Assembly: GCA_034408725.1 (NCBI GenBank)
Contig: JAWXCN010000097.1
Location: forward strand, 1 to 28,015
From: Candidatus Hydrogenedentota bacterium
Lineage (GTDB): Bacteria; Hydrogenedentota; Hydrogenedentia; Hydrogenedentales; SLHB01
Length of the DNA: 28,015 bases
Reading direction: 5' to 3'
Shown: positions 8,269 to 17,600 of the stretch, piece after piece
Layout: each line of letters begins with the position of its first letter
Position numbering within the stretch: position 1 is the first letter of the stretch
Notes under the pieces: model-generated
The model's input: only the letters and a program-made list of their open reading frames with translations
Database searches by the model: none
Told to the model about the DNA's origin: nothing
Translations under genes and position numbers: made by a program

Positions 8269-9954
8269 CTAATTTTTCTTGTATTTGCCGGTAACCGACT
8301 CGATTTCATTTGCATCGACATTGATAGTTTTGCTGGTGGGGGTTTGGTGGCCTGAGACCGCTTTGAATTGGATGGTATGTTGGCCGGGAGAGACGTCATT
8401 GACGAGATCTTTGTGCTTTCGCCAGGGTGGCGCGTTATCGAGCCGCCAGGCTGCGCCGGCGCGACGGGCGCCCTTGGGTTTGAGCTTCACGCTTACGGAC
8501 CCATTGGGGAAGAAGTTCAGCTTGAAGACGAAGAGGTCTGTGTTTCCCTCGCTTACGAGTGGCGCAAGGAAACTGGGGTTTGGATCAAATACGACGGAAT
8601 CGGAGAATTGTCCGGTGCAATAGGTGTTACCCACAGTATCAACGGTGATAGCGGCACAGAAGTCGAATTCCAGCCCACCGATGGGAAAGGCCCAGGCGAA
8701 GTCGCCATTGGCGAGATATTTCGCTTGAAAAATATCTCGACCGCCCGCGCCGTCGAATTGTACGGTATCGGGTCCGGGATTGAAGTGGGCCGTCCCTTCA
8801 AATGCGCCGCCGACATAGGCATTGCCTTCGTTGTCCGCGCATAACGCGAAGGTATCTTCGTCGTCAAGTCCCCCCATCGAGTCCGCAGCGATTACGGAGC
8901 TCGTTTCACTCGAAAGCTTGATGAGGAAAACGTCGGAACCGCCTTGACTGGTAACTGCGTCTTCAATGTTGAATACGACAGAGTCGTCGAATCTGCCCGA
9001 CGCGTAGACGTCGCGATTGTTGTCGAGAGCCAATCGCCGCACGATTTCATCGCCCGTACCGCCGAACGCATTGGACCAAATATGGTTGCCGTTGAAATCG
9101 AACTTGGCGACGAAGCTATCGTAACCGCCGTTGGTCGACGCGACGTCGATATCAGGGCCCGGGTCAAGATCCACCGTGGATGAAAACGCTCCGGCGACAT
9201 AGACGAAGCCGTTCAGATCTACAACGAGGTCGCTTCCAAATTCGCTTGTCGCGCTGCCGATCTGATTGACCCAATTCAAATTTCCATCGGCGTCAAGTTT
9301 TACAATGAAGATGTCGGAGCTGCCGACGCTTTCGAGTTTCTCCTTCTGGTCACCCGGATCGAAGTCCACACTACCGTAGAAATGGCCAATAAGATAGATA
9401 TTGCCATCGCCGTCGAGTGTTGAGCCGAGCCCGTAAGTCTGGCCTGTCTTTCCGCCAAGTTGTTTTGCCCAGATAAAATCGCCGGCACTGTTTAATTTCA
9501 GGACAAAGTTGTCGGGGTCGCCCTTGGCTGTGCGATTTGCAGTGCCGGCGCCGGGGTTGAAATCAGCCGTCTCCGTAAACGTTCCCGCGACATAGATGTT
9601 GCCGTCGGCATCGAGTTCGAGCGCATACGGGATTTCGGTGCCGGAACCGCCGACCTGCCTGACCCACTGAAATTTTCCATCGGAGTTTAATTTGAGGACA
9701 TAGGCGTCGGCCTCGGCTACTGCGGTGAGCTCGTGCTCTTGCAGGCCGGGATCGAAGTCAACGGTGCCCTGGAAATAGCCGACTACATAAACACTACGAT
9801 TCTGGTCGAGGGCTATTTCCTGGCCGGCGTCGCTGTCAGGGGAACCCATCCCCAAGGCCCATTCGTGGGTGATTGTGTCGGCGGTCGCGCTGGGAACGAC
9901 GAATTGGAAAATTCCGAGCGCCACTGTGAGATAGAGCCCTACCGGATTTCTCAT
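8269..9954 (-). CDS. Secreted SBBP beta-propeller repeat protein with a C-terminal beta-sandwich domain
   Basis: GGAGG RBS before the ATG at 9954; signal peptide; about 7 repeats of D..GN.Y..G.F..T.DFDPG...D.F..KL...G...W. Confidence 0.88.
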   Translation of the reverse strand: MRNPVGLYLTVALGIFQFVVPSATADTITHEWALGMGSPDSDAGQEIALDQNRSVYVVGYFQGTVDFDPGLQEHELTAVAEADAYVLKLNSDGKFQWVRQVGGSGTEIPYALELDADGNIYVAGTFTETADFNPGAGTANRTAKGDPDNFVLKLNSAGDFIWAKQLGGKTGQTYGLGSTLDGDGNIYLIGHFYGSVDFDPGDQKEKLESVGSSDIFIVKLDADGNLNWVNQIGSATSEFGSDLVVDLNGFVYVAGAFSSTVDLDPGPDIDVASTNGGYDSFVAKFDFNGNHIWSNAFGGTGDEIVRRLALDNNRDVYASGRFDDSVVFNIEDAVTSQGGSDVFLIKLSSETSSVIAADSMGGLDDEDTFALCADNEGNAYVGGAFEGTAHFNPGPDTVQFDGAGGRDIFQAKYLANGDFAWAFPIGGLEFDFCAAITVDTVGNTYCTGQFSDSVVFDPNPSFLAPLVSEGNTDLFVFKLNFFPNGSVSVKLKPKGARRAGAAWRLDNAPPWRKHKDLVNDVSPGQHTIQFKAVSGHQTPTSKTINVDANEIESVTGKYKKN

Positions 9955-10303
9955 CGCGCAAACCTCCGGGGAGTGTTGTGTTGGGCCGGGGTCATTTTTC
10001 AAACTCAGGGATATCCACGATGAGCAAATAAACAGTGGGGATTGTCTCCCCGAGGCGCCCAGCCTTTCTATAATACACGTATCCTTACCGGTGCGCACGT
10101 GATTGAAGTCTACAGATCGGGTCGCGGTTCACGCATGACGGCTCAGTTGACAATATAGCCTGCCAAATGTGACCGAAATGATTCCATTCACACAACCTTG
10201 CTGGCACTTGATAGACTTCCGGAGGCGCGCCTGGTGATCTTGAGCGCACGAAAGCGTCGGAAACGGGGACTTCAAACAAAAATATTGGGAGTGTTTATTC
10301 AGT

Positions 10304-12913
10304 ATGTGTAGGACTTTGCTTTGTGGCGCAATTTTGTTCTTGTCGATGACGTACGTGTCACTGGGGGCGGAGTTCAGTGGCATTGAAATTCGTACTGGCG
10401 CGCGTGCAACCCGCGTCGAATTGAAGTGCGCACAATTGTTAGAGGCCCGCTTAACGGAACTAGGTGGTCCAAACGTCCGCGTAGTGTCCGAAACCGGACA
10501 ACCCGTCAACAACACTTCAGGATTGGTCGTACTTCTTGGCGTGCACCCAAATCACGATGCTATTCTTGCCCACTGCGACGCCGAACGCATTAAACCGCTG
10601 CTCGACCGCGATCCCGGCCCCGAAGGCTATCTGGTGCGGTCGTATTTCGATGCGGATCAACCGGTATTGCTTGCCGCCTCGGTGGATCAGCGCGGGACGC
10701 TTTATGCGGTCGGCGAAATTCTGCGCCAGGCAATCGTCAATCCCGATTCCGTTACCTTTCCCGATTCCATCGCGGTCCGCACCGCGCCCGCGTTTGAAGT
10801 GCGCGGAACCCAGTTTGGACAAAGTGGCGTCTCGAAGCGTGTCGCGAAAGTCCGCGACTGGACCGAGGTGGAAACCCAACGCGACATTCTCGATTCCGCG
10901 ATTGCGGGGGCAAATGCGTTCGATGTCGCGCCGGGCCCGATGTTCGAGTTCCTGAAATCGTTCGATTTGATGACCCAGGAAAACTATCACCCCAATGTCG
11001 GCACGGGGCCCGAGGAATGGCTCGCAAAGGAGTCCATTGGCCGGCTGAACTATCTGTGTCCTTCCGTGCCGGAAGCGCGCGCGGCGCTGATCGAAACCTG
11101 TCGAAAATTCTTCGCCACCGCCCCGAAATTTGATTTTGTGAAGATGGTCGGCGGCGACGGCGGCGGGTGTGAATGCGACAAGTGCAATCCCTACGGCCTC
11201 ACGTTCATCAAGCTCTGCGAAGACATGGCCGCGATTATTCACGCGAACAGCCCGAACACCCGCATCTGGTTCACAAACCAAAAGTTTGATGACGAAGACG
11301 ACCAGTCTATCTTCGCGTATTTGCAGGAGAAGCCGCGTGAATGGCTGTGGGCGTGGGGCTATGGTCCGGGTTCGGACGCCATGAGCTGGCAGCCCGGCCA
11401 TCGGCAGACGCATCGTATGGACTTGTTTCGCTATCCCGGGTTCGGGCCCTTCGATCGGTACAACCAGGAAATCATGCACCACCTTCCTCCGCAACAGACC
11501 TTGTTGCACTACAACGAAATCACGCACTGGCGATATGCCCAGCACGCCTACGTGCAGGCCTATCCGCGCGCGGACCGCAACGGCGATCTACCGCCCTCGT
11601 GGAACCATTTCATTTACGAGCGGCAGGCGGACGAAGCGTTGACGATGGTGTACGACCGCCTCACGTTTTACGCATGGCCGCGCTTTTATCATTGGGTCTT
11701 TGGCGAAGTGGTCCGGTACGGCGCGGGCGACATCACGCACTCAAGCGGAACGCACGATCATTTCAACCAATGGATGTGGCAGCGTCTGCTGTGGTCCCCG
11801 CACACCAGCGTTGAAGCCGTGGTGGACGAATACTGTCGCACCTGGTTTGGCCCGGATGCCGCGCCGTTGATGGCCGAGGCAATTTTCCTACTCGAAAAAA
11901 ACCTGCAACACGACCCGGATAAGCCCATCACCGAAAAAGAAGGGATTGATCGGTACTACGATCTGGTGAAACAGGCCGGAGCGAAAATCCCGCCGCACCA
12001 GATGAAAGCCCACTGGCTATGGCGGCAGTACATGCAGAAAGGCGCGCTCGACAAATACATCAAATTGAATGTCCGCGAGCAAGTGGACCTTCAAACTAAA
12101 ATCGAAAAGGAAGTGGGGGAGATCATCGACACCGGAAACCTTGATAGCGCTACGGCCCTGCTTCCTTTATTTGATAACCAAACCGAAACCGACGCCATGA
12201 GCGCGTTGCGCGGAGAGGCAGGATGTCTGGGCGAGGAAAGCAATACGCTCTATGGCGTGCGCAGCGAAGGCTATTACACATTAACCGGACACGATTTCAT
12301 CGGGCTGGGCTGGCTGAAGCGTCAGCTCGAACGCGCCCGCGACGCAAAAAATGACGGAGAAACACGCAAACTCCTGCGCATGATCGTCGCATACGAAGAC
12401 CCGGGCGAGGGCGGGTTCTACGATAACTGCGGCTCGTTTAATGATTGTCCAAACGTCGTGAATGGTTATCCGTATGACCACGGCCAGCCTTACGTCCCCG
12501 GCAAGTTGTTCGAGAAAAACCGGCTTAGCCAGCGCACCATGCACTTCACGCAGGACGAAGCGCAGGGCGTGACCTTGCACTACCGCGGCCTCGACCCCAG
12601 CGCGTCATACCGCATTCGGTTAACGCTGGTGCGCCCCTGGTACCAGGAGCGCTACGCCGATCGAATGAACCAGAAATCCCAAACCATATTCGCCGACGAT
12701 CTTGTCCTCGCGCGCGAAGTAGAACTCCCCGAGCAGATGAGCGATTTCTTCACCTATGACATCCCCCAGGACGCAACGTCAGACGGCGAACTGGTCGTCC
12801 GCCTCGAAAAAGCCGCCGACATAGCCATCGGCGATCGGGTAACCGTCGAGCAATGGCGCAACACCGGCGGCTGGGGCACTTTGTTGTCGGAAGCATGGTT
12901 AATGAAAAAGTAA
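10304..12913 (+). CDS. Secreted putative glycoside hydrolase (GH20/GH67-like N-terminal domain)
   Basis: Signal peptide; GPEGY..L.A..D.RG.LYAVGE.LR..PAFEVRG N-domain; GGDGGGCECDKC; CBM-like C-terminus. Confidence 0.7.
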   Translation: MCRTLLCGAILFLSMTYVSLGAEFSGIEIRTGARATRVELKCAQLLEARLTELGGPNVRVVSETGQPVNNTSGLVVLLGVHPNHDAILAHCDAERIKPLLDRDPGPEGYLVRSYFDADQPVLLAASVDQRGTLYAVGEILRQAIVNPDSVTFPDSIAVRTAPAFEVRGTQFGQSGVSKRVAKVRDWTEVETQRDILDSAIAGANAFDVAPGPMFEFLKSFDLMTQENYHPNVGTGPEEWLAKESIGRLNYLCPSVPEARAALIETCRKFFATAPKFDFVKMVGGDGGGCECDKCNPYGLTFIKLCEDMAAIIHANSPNTRIWFTNQKFDDEDDQSIFAYLQEKPREWLWAWGYGPGSDAMSWQPGHRQTHRMDLFRYPGFGPFDRYNQEIMHHLPPQQTLLHYNEITHWRYAQHAYVQAYPRADRNGDLPPSWNHFIYERQADEALTMVYDRLTFYAWPRFYHWVFGEVVRYGAGDITHSSGTHDHFNQWMWQRLLWSPHTSVEAVVDEYCRTWFGPDAAPLMAEAIFLLEKNLQHDPDKPITEKEGIDRYYDLVKQAGAKIPPHQMKAHWLWRQYMQKGALDKYIKLNVREQVDLQTKIEKEVGEIIDTGNLDSATALLPLFDNQTETDAMSALRGEAGCLGEESNTLYGVRSEGYYTLTGHDFIGLGWLKRQLERARDAKNDGETRKLLRMIVAYEDPGEGGFYDNCGSFNDCPNVVNGYPYDHGQPYVPGKLFEKNRLSQRTMHFTQDEAQGVTLHYRGLDPSASYRIRLTLVRPWYQERYADRMNQKSQTIFADDLVLAREVELPEQMSDFFTYDIPQDATSDGELVVRLEKAADIAIGDRVTVEQWRNTGGWGTLLSEAWLMKK

Positions 12914-12996
12914 TGGCGATAAATCACTAGCCGCGCGGCCAACCACTCAAAGATCTCAATATTTTCCTCGACATCACCACTCGTCGCAGACTCATT

Positions 12997-13465
12997 CCGT
13001 CATCATCATTATCCTCGCCATTTGAAATTCCATCGCCGTCGATATCGCCATCCCCGCCGCTATCGTCTGAATCGTCACCGTCCTCAGTCCCATCACCGTC
13101 GTCATCCGGGTCGGTGTCATCGGGATCGCCGTCACCGTCGTCGTCCGGATCGGTGTCATCGGGATCGCCGTCGTTGTCATCATCACCATCCTGGTAATCC
13201 GGGATCCCGTCACCATCGTCATCAGGGTCAATTGCGTCCGGGATGTTGTCACCATCATCGTCCAAGTCCTCCCCGTCCGGGATGCCATCCCCATCGGTAT
13301 CGACCTTGCAGATACAAAAAGCGCACTCTTCAGGTTCCTCTCCAGGAGTTTGGTATCGCCTCCCTCTCCGTCAGGGTCCCTGTCATCACCTGGGCCATCT
13401 CCATCGCCGACTGGACGAGGTGCACAACTGTCTCGATATGTGTAGGGTAAATAAGGAACTGGTTA
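12997..13465 (-). pseudogene. Decayed duplicate of the Asp-rich repeat region of the Rhs gene
   Basis: 12997-13420 closely matches 15833-16260; net 4-nt deletion near 13350, in-frame TAA at 13463-13465, homology ends abruptly at about 12997. Confidence 0.85.
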
Positions 13466-13501
13466 GTAATTCGTAGTCCGTCCCAGAATTCCTCCGAATT
13501 C

Positions 13502-14674
13502 CTAATTTTTCCCGTCACTCTTAATCTTTGTGGATTGGAGATAGTCAACAACCTTTCTTGCTGAGATTCCGACTGGATTGCTTTTTTCTTGTGTTCCAAT
13601 CTCGTTAAGCGCGCGGACATATTCAGATTCAAGATTAGCAATCATCGCAAAATTGTTCACTGCGTCGCTGCGCAATTCTTGCGGTTTAGTTTGATCCAGA
13701 GCTATTTGCATCAAAAGGCTTACACATTCAGCGCGATGCTTAAACTGAGCCGCTACTGCAAGGACCGTGAGACAGCCGCGACTAACGCCCATATCCTGTG
13801 ATTCGTTAGTGGCTTCATTTGCAATGGCTTGTACCTCGCTGACAGACATCGCTTGCGACACCGAATTCCCCTGAAGCGCAAAGACCGCAGCTTGCCTTAC
13901 AGGAAAATTTGGACTCTGTAGTGCCTCGAGTAAACGTTGAACAATGGCGGGAGAGACAATTGGGCATTTATAGATCGCCCGAAGCGCAGCCCGTTGAACA
14001 GGAATCGCGTCGTGGTGAGAATACTTGAGTAGTAAATCGAGTGCACTGGGTGTACTCTCGGCATTCTCAGCAACAAGTATGAATGCATCCCGCAGAAATG
14101 ATGTATCAAGCTGCTGTTGTATTGCGGCAGAAACCACCGTCGTGAGAGTAGAAATACTTAAAACACCCACGCTCTGCAATGCTCGCATGGTCAAATTGCG
14201 CGCTTCATGATCTGTTTCTCGTTGAAGCGTCGTTATGAGGGATTCTTCCAAATTGTTCAAAGGAGGAAGCTCTGCGCGCGCTCGCACTTCTCCAATACTA
14301 AGAATGATTCTTAGTGCATTTTGTCGATCCCCAACACTACCGTCCGTTAGAGCCTTTAAACTGACGGGTACAACGCGCTCATCGAAATCTAGGCAATCTT
14401 CCTCAGTTGGCTGCCAATTGTCGATAGCGACCAACGAATTTACACTTAATGCCAATTGCGTCAATTTACTGCCCAAGAGCGCTTTCGATTGTTCGTCTTT
14501 CTGCGCTTGTAAAGATTTAACTTCACTCCCTAAATCCATCACGGAAAAGAACAGTTTTGGCGGAACTTCTTGTTCTGCCGTGGCGACAATATGGATAGAT
14601 GCAAATAGCGCAACTGCGAAGCGAAAAATGGTTTGAGTGAGAACTGTTTCTAATCTGGAATCCCAATGGTACAT
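13502..14674 (-). CDS. HEAT-repeat protein with N-terminal signal/TM segment; candidate immunity protein
   Basis: Starts 20 bp after the Rhs stop with an AGGGGG RBS; HEAT motifs (VQRAALRAI, VRQAAVFAL, LRSDAVN); lower GC. Confidence 0.75.
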   Translation of the reverse strand: MYHWDSRLETVLTQTIFRFAVALFASIHIVATAEQEVPPKLFFSVMDLGSEVKSLQAQKDEQSKALLGSKLTQLALSVNSLVAIDNWQPTEEDCLDFDERVVPVSLKALTDGSVGDRQNALRIILSIGEVRARAELPPLNNLEESLITTLQRETDHEARNLTMRALQSVGVLSISTLTTVVSAAIQQQLDTSFLRDAFILVAENAESTPSALDLLLKYSHHDAIPVQRAALRAIYKCPIVSPAIVQRLLEALQSPNFPVRQAAVFALQGNSVSQAMSVSEVQAIANEATNESQDMGVSRGCLTVLAVAAQFKHRAECVSLLMQIALDQTKPQELRSDAVNNFAMIANLESEYVRALNEIGTQEKSNPVGISARKVVDYLQSTKIKSDGKN

Positions 14675-14694
14675 AGCAATGCCCCCTATAATAG

Positions 14695-17600
14695 TTAGTT
14701 TGAAAATGTACCAGTCTCGAAAATTGATGTTGGAATGCTAAGGCCACCTAAACCCAAAGGCGCAAGGAAAGGTGGCGGGTCATTGTGAATACAGTGAGGG
14801 GCCTGGTTTCCCCACGGCCGGTATAGCCAAATTTCGTAGTGGGGGAATTGATCATGCCAACCATCCACCCAATAATTTGTATATTCTAATGGCTGTACAT
14901 CCAAGGTTATAACTATACTGTAATCGATGGACGGCATAACCGCTTCAAGGCCAAAAGGTATACATCCAGGAGTAGCGGTCATGTCGAATGTATATTCCAC
15001 CACGAAGTCGCTCCAACGATAGGTAGTCACGTCGTTTTCCCACGTGGAGCTGAATTGAGCACAGTGCTTAAGCACGCAATCGGACAACGCTGTATCAGCC
15101 CGCGCTGCGGTACTTATCATACTAGCTGTAATAGCGTCCCATGTATAGGTTTCCGATATTTGTCGTAATGAAACAGGAGTGAAGTATAGACCATTGTCAG
15201 CCTCTGAATCGATCCAGGGAGCGGCGCCCGCAGTCATTTTGGTTCGCCAAAACGAAGACTTCCACACTGCGTCGATTCTATTATCCCCTCCGCCGAGCAT
15301 CGGCGGGTCTGGCATATCCGGCTCATTCAACACGCACTGAAGGTTAGGGATGACAAAATGATTTTGTGGAATGAACGTGGCAATATCTATGTCAAATAAT
15401 CTATCGCGGTTGCCGGTTTCAATTGGGCGAAACACTGCCTTTAATGTCCAATCTTTTGTCATTGGAATGTTTACTAGCACGGGTTCCGTGAGCGTACCCC
15501 AACCAGTGATTTCCCAATGGTGAAATTCGTAGCCGGATGTAGTATTGATTGCGGACACCGTTTCTTCAATTGCGGCTGCTTTATTGTATTCGTATGAACC
15601 AGGTGAAGGATCTGTTGCACCATTGCCTGTTACAGAGATGTTAAGCGTAACATCTCCGTCTCCGTCTCCGTCTCCATCGCCGTCGCCGTCGCCGTCGCCA
15701 TCACCATCCCCGTCTCCATCCCCGTCTCCATCCCCACCATCGTCGGTATTGCCACCGCCATCGTCGTTATCCGGGCCATCGGGGATGCCGTCTCCGTCGT
15801 CGTCGGTGTCAACGTCATCATTTTGGCCGTCGCCGTCATCATCATTATCCTCGCCATTTGAAATTCCATCGCCGTCGATATCGCCGTCCTGGCCGCTATC
15901 GTCCGAATCGTCACCGTCCTCAGTCCCATCACCGTCGTCGTCAGGATCTGTCTCATCCGGATCGCCGTCACCGTCATCGTCGGGATCAGTGTCATCGGGA
16001 TCGCCGTCGTTGTCGTCATCGCCGTCCTGGTAATCCGGGATCCCGTCACCATCGTCATCAGGATCAATTGCGTCCGGGATGTTGTCACCATCGTCGTCCA
16101 GGTCCTCCCCGTCCGGGATGCCATCCCCATCGGTATCGACTTTGCAGATACAAACAGCGCAGTCTTCAGGTCCCTCTCCAGGTGGATTTTCGGTCTCGCC
16201 TCCCTCACCGTCAGGGTCCCGGTCATCACCTGGGCCATGCCCATCACCGTCGGGTCGCGGTTTTCCAGTTAGATTTTTAACTTCACGATTTGGGTCTATA
16301 TAATGCAGAACTGGATATTGCATATCGTCGTTGACGCCTGAAACTTGACCTAGGGAGTTGTAAATATAGTTTCTGGTAATGCCAAAGGGGTTTTTCCGGG
16401 AAGTTACTAATCCACGGTGATCGTAGATGTAGCGTGCAGACTCGCTCGGGTCACCGTGAGAAACGTACATTAGAAGTCCTAGCATGTTGTACGTTAACTG
16501 AGTTAATTGACTTTGGGTCGCGGATTCGCTTATCGTAACCAAATTTCGCTGAAGGTAATCATAAGTGTGTACATAGCGAAGGGATTGCACACCACTACTT
16601 TCCAACGTTTTTTCCGCGAGCCGACCTTGCTGGTTGAAGATGTAGTCTGCAGACGTTCCAGCGGCTTCTTCTCTGCGCGTAAGATAGCGCGGATAAGCGG
16701 GGTCAAGATGCTCGAAAGCAACCGCAAGTGCTGCGTCCACCGTCGCAGTCTTCGTGTTTCCGAAGTTATCAAACGTATAAGTCCGTTCCTCTTCCTCGGG
16801 ATCGATTGCCTCGACCAAATTTCCTTGCGTGTCGTACTCAAAATCCCAGGTCTTTCCCGTGCCGCTGACGGCGGCGGTGACCTGCCCGTATTGGTCGTAC
16901 TCAAGCGTGTAACCGGTCGAGCGCCAGACTTCGATGCTGCTGCCATTGGCGATTATCTTTACGTCGTACCACGTGTTGGCTGCGGAACCCGCGGTCAGGT
17001 CATGGGAAAGCGTTGTAAACGTGGACCCAATGCGCTGGAGCAACTGGAGCTTCGTCGGAAAAATCAGCAGGCGCACGTAATCCGACCCGCTGTTGCGAAA
17101 TCCTATGAGCATCGCATTGCCCTGCTGCGTATCATCCGAGCGGTACGAAAAACTGACAATCGGATTCGCGACGGAATTGACCCACTGGAACCCGCCCGTG
17201 CCGCTCGTGCGCTGCATGTAACCGTTCGCGAGGTCCCACGTGGAACTCCATACGCTCCAGCCATTGTAATTTCCATCGTTAAAATAGTCAGCGATCATTG
17301 CCGCGCCCGTGTCCCCGTTCGTCATGCAGATATCGTCGATCCAGCAATGCGTCGAAGACGACGGCATGAATTGCGTCGTCCCGTTCGTGAGCAGTTGCGC
17401 GCTGCTGGTGGCGAGGACTTTCTCCATGCCGCCCGCGCCCGGCCCTTCGACGCGGGTGAGCCGCAGGTTCGCGTCGTATTCGTACCGCGTTTCATCCGCG
17501 CCGGAGATTTTCCGGGTGGGGTAGAGGGACGCATGGAAACTGCCGCCAGTGGGGTAGGTATACGTAATAGGTGTTTCGCCGGCCACCGAGGAGGTCAACA

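Noticed and set aside
10517-11545. 342-aa minus-strand ORF
   Set aside because: Antisense shadow of the hydrolase-like gene.
12997-16260. Periodic repeats considered as a CRISPR array
   Set aside because: They are degenerate coding repeats without unique spacers, and there are no cas genes.
15545-16303. Ser/Pro-, Met/Thr- and Arg/His-rich ORFs (also 12992..13476)
   Set aside because: Alternative-frame readings of the Asp/Gly repeats.
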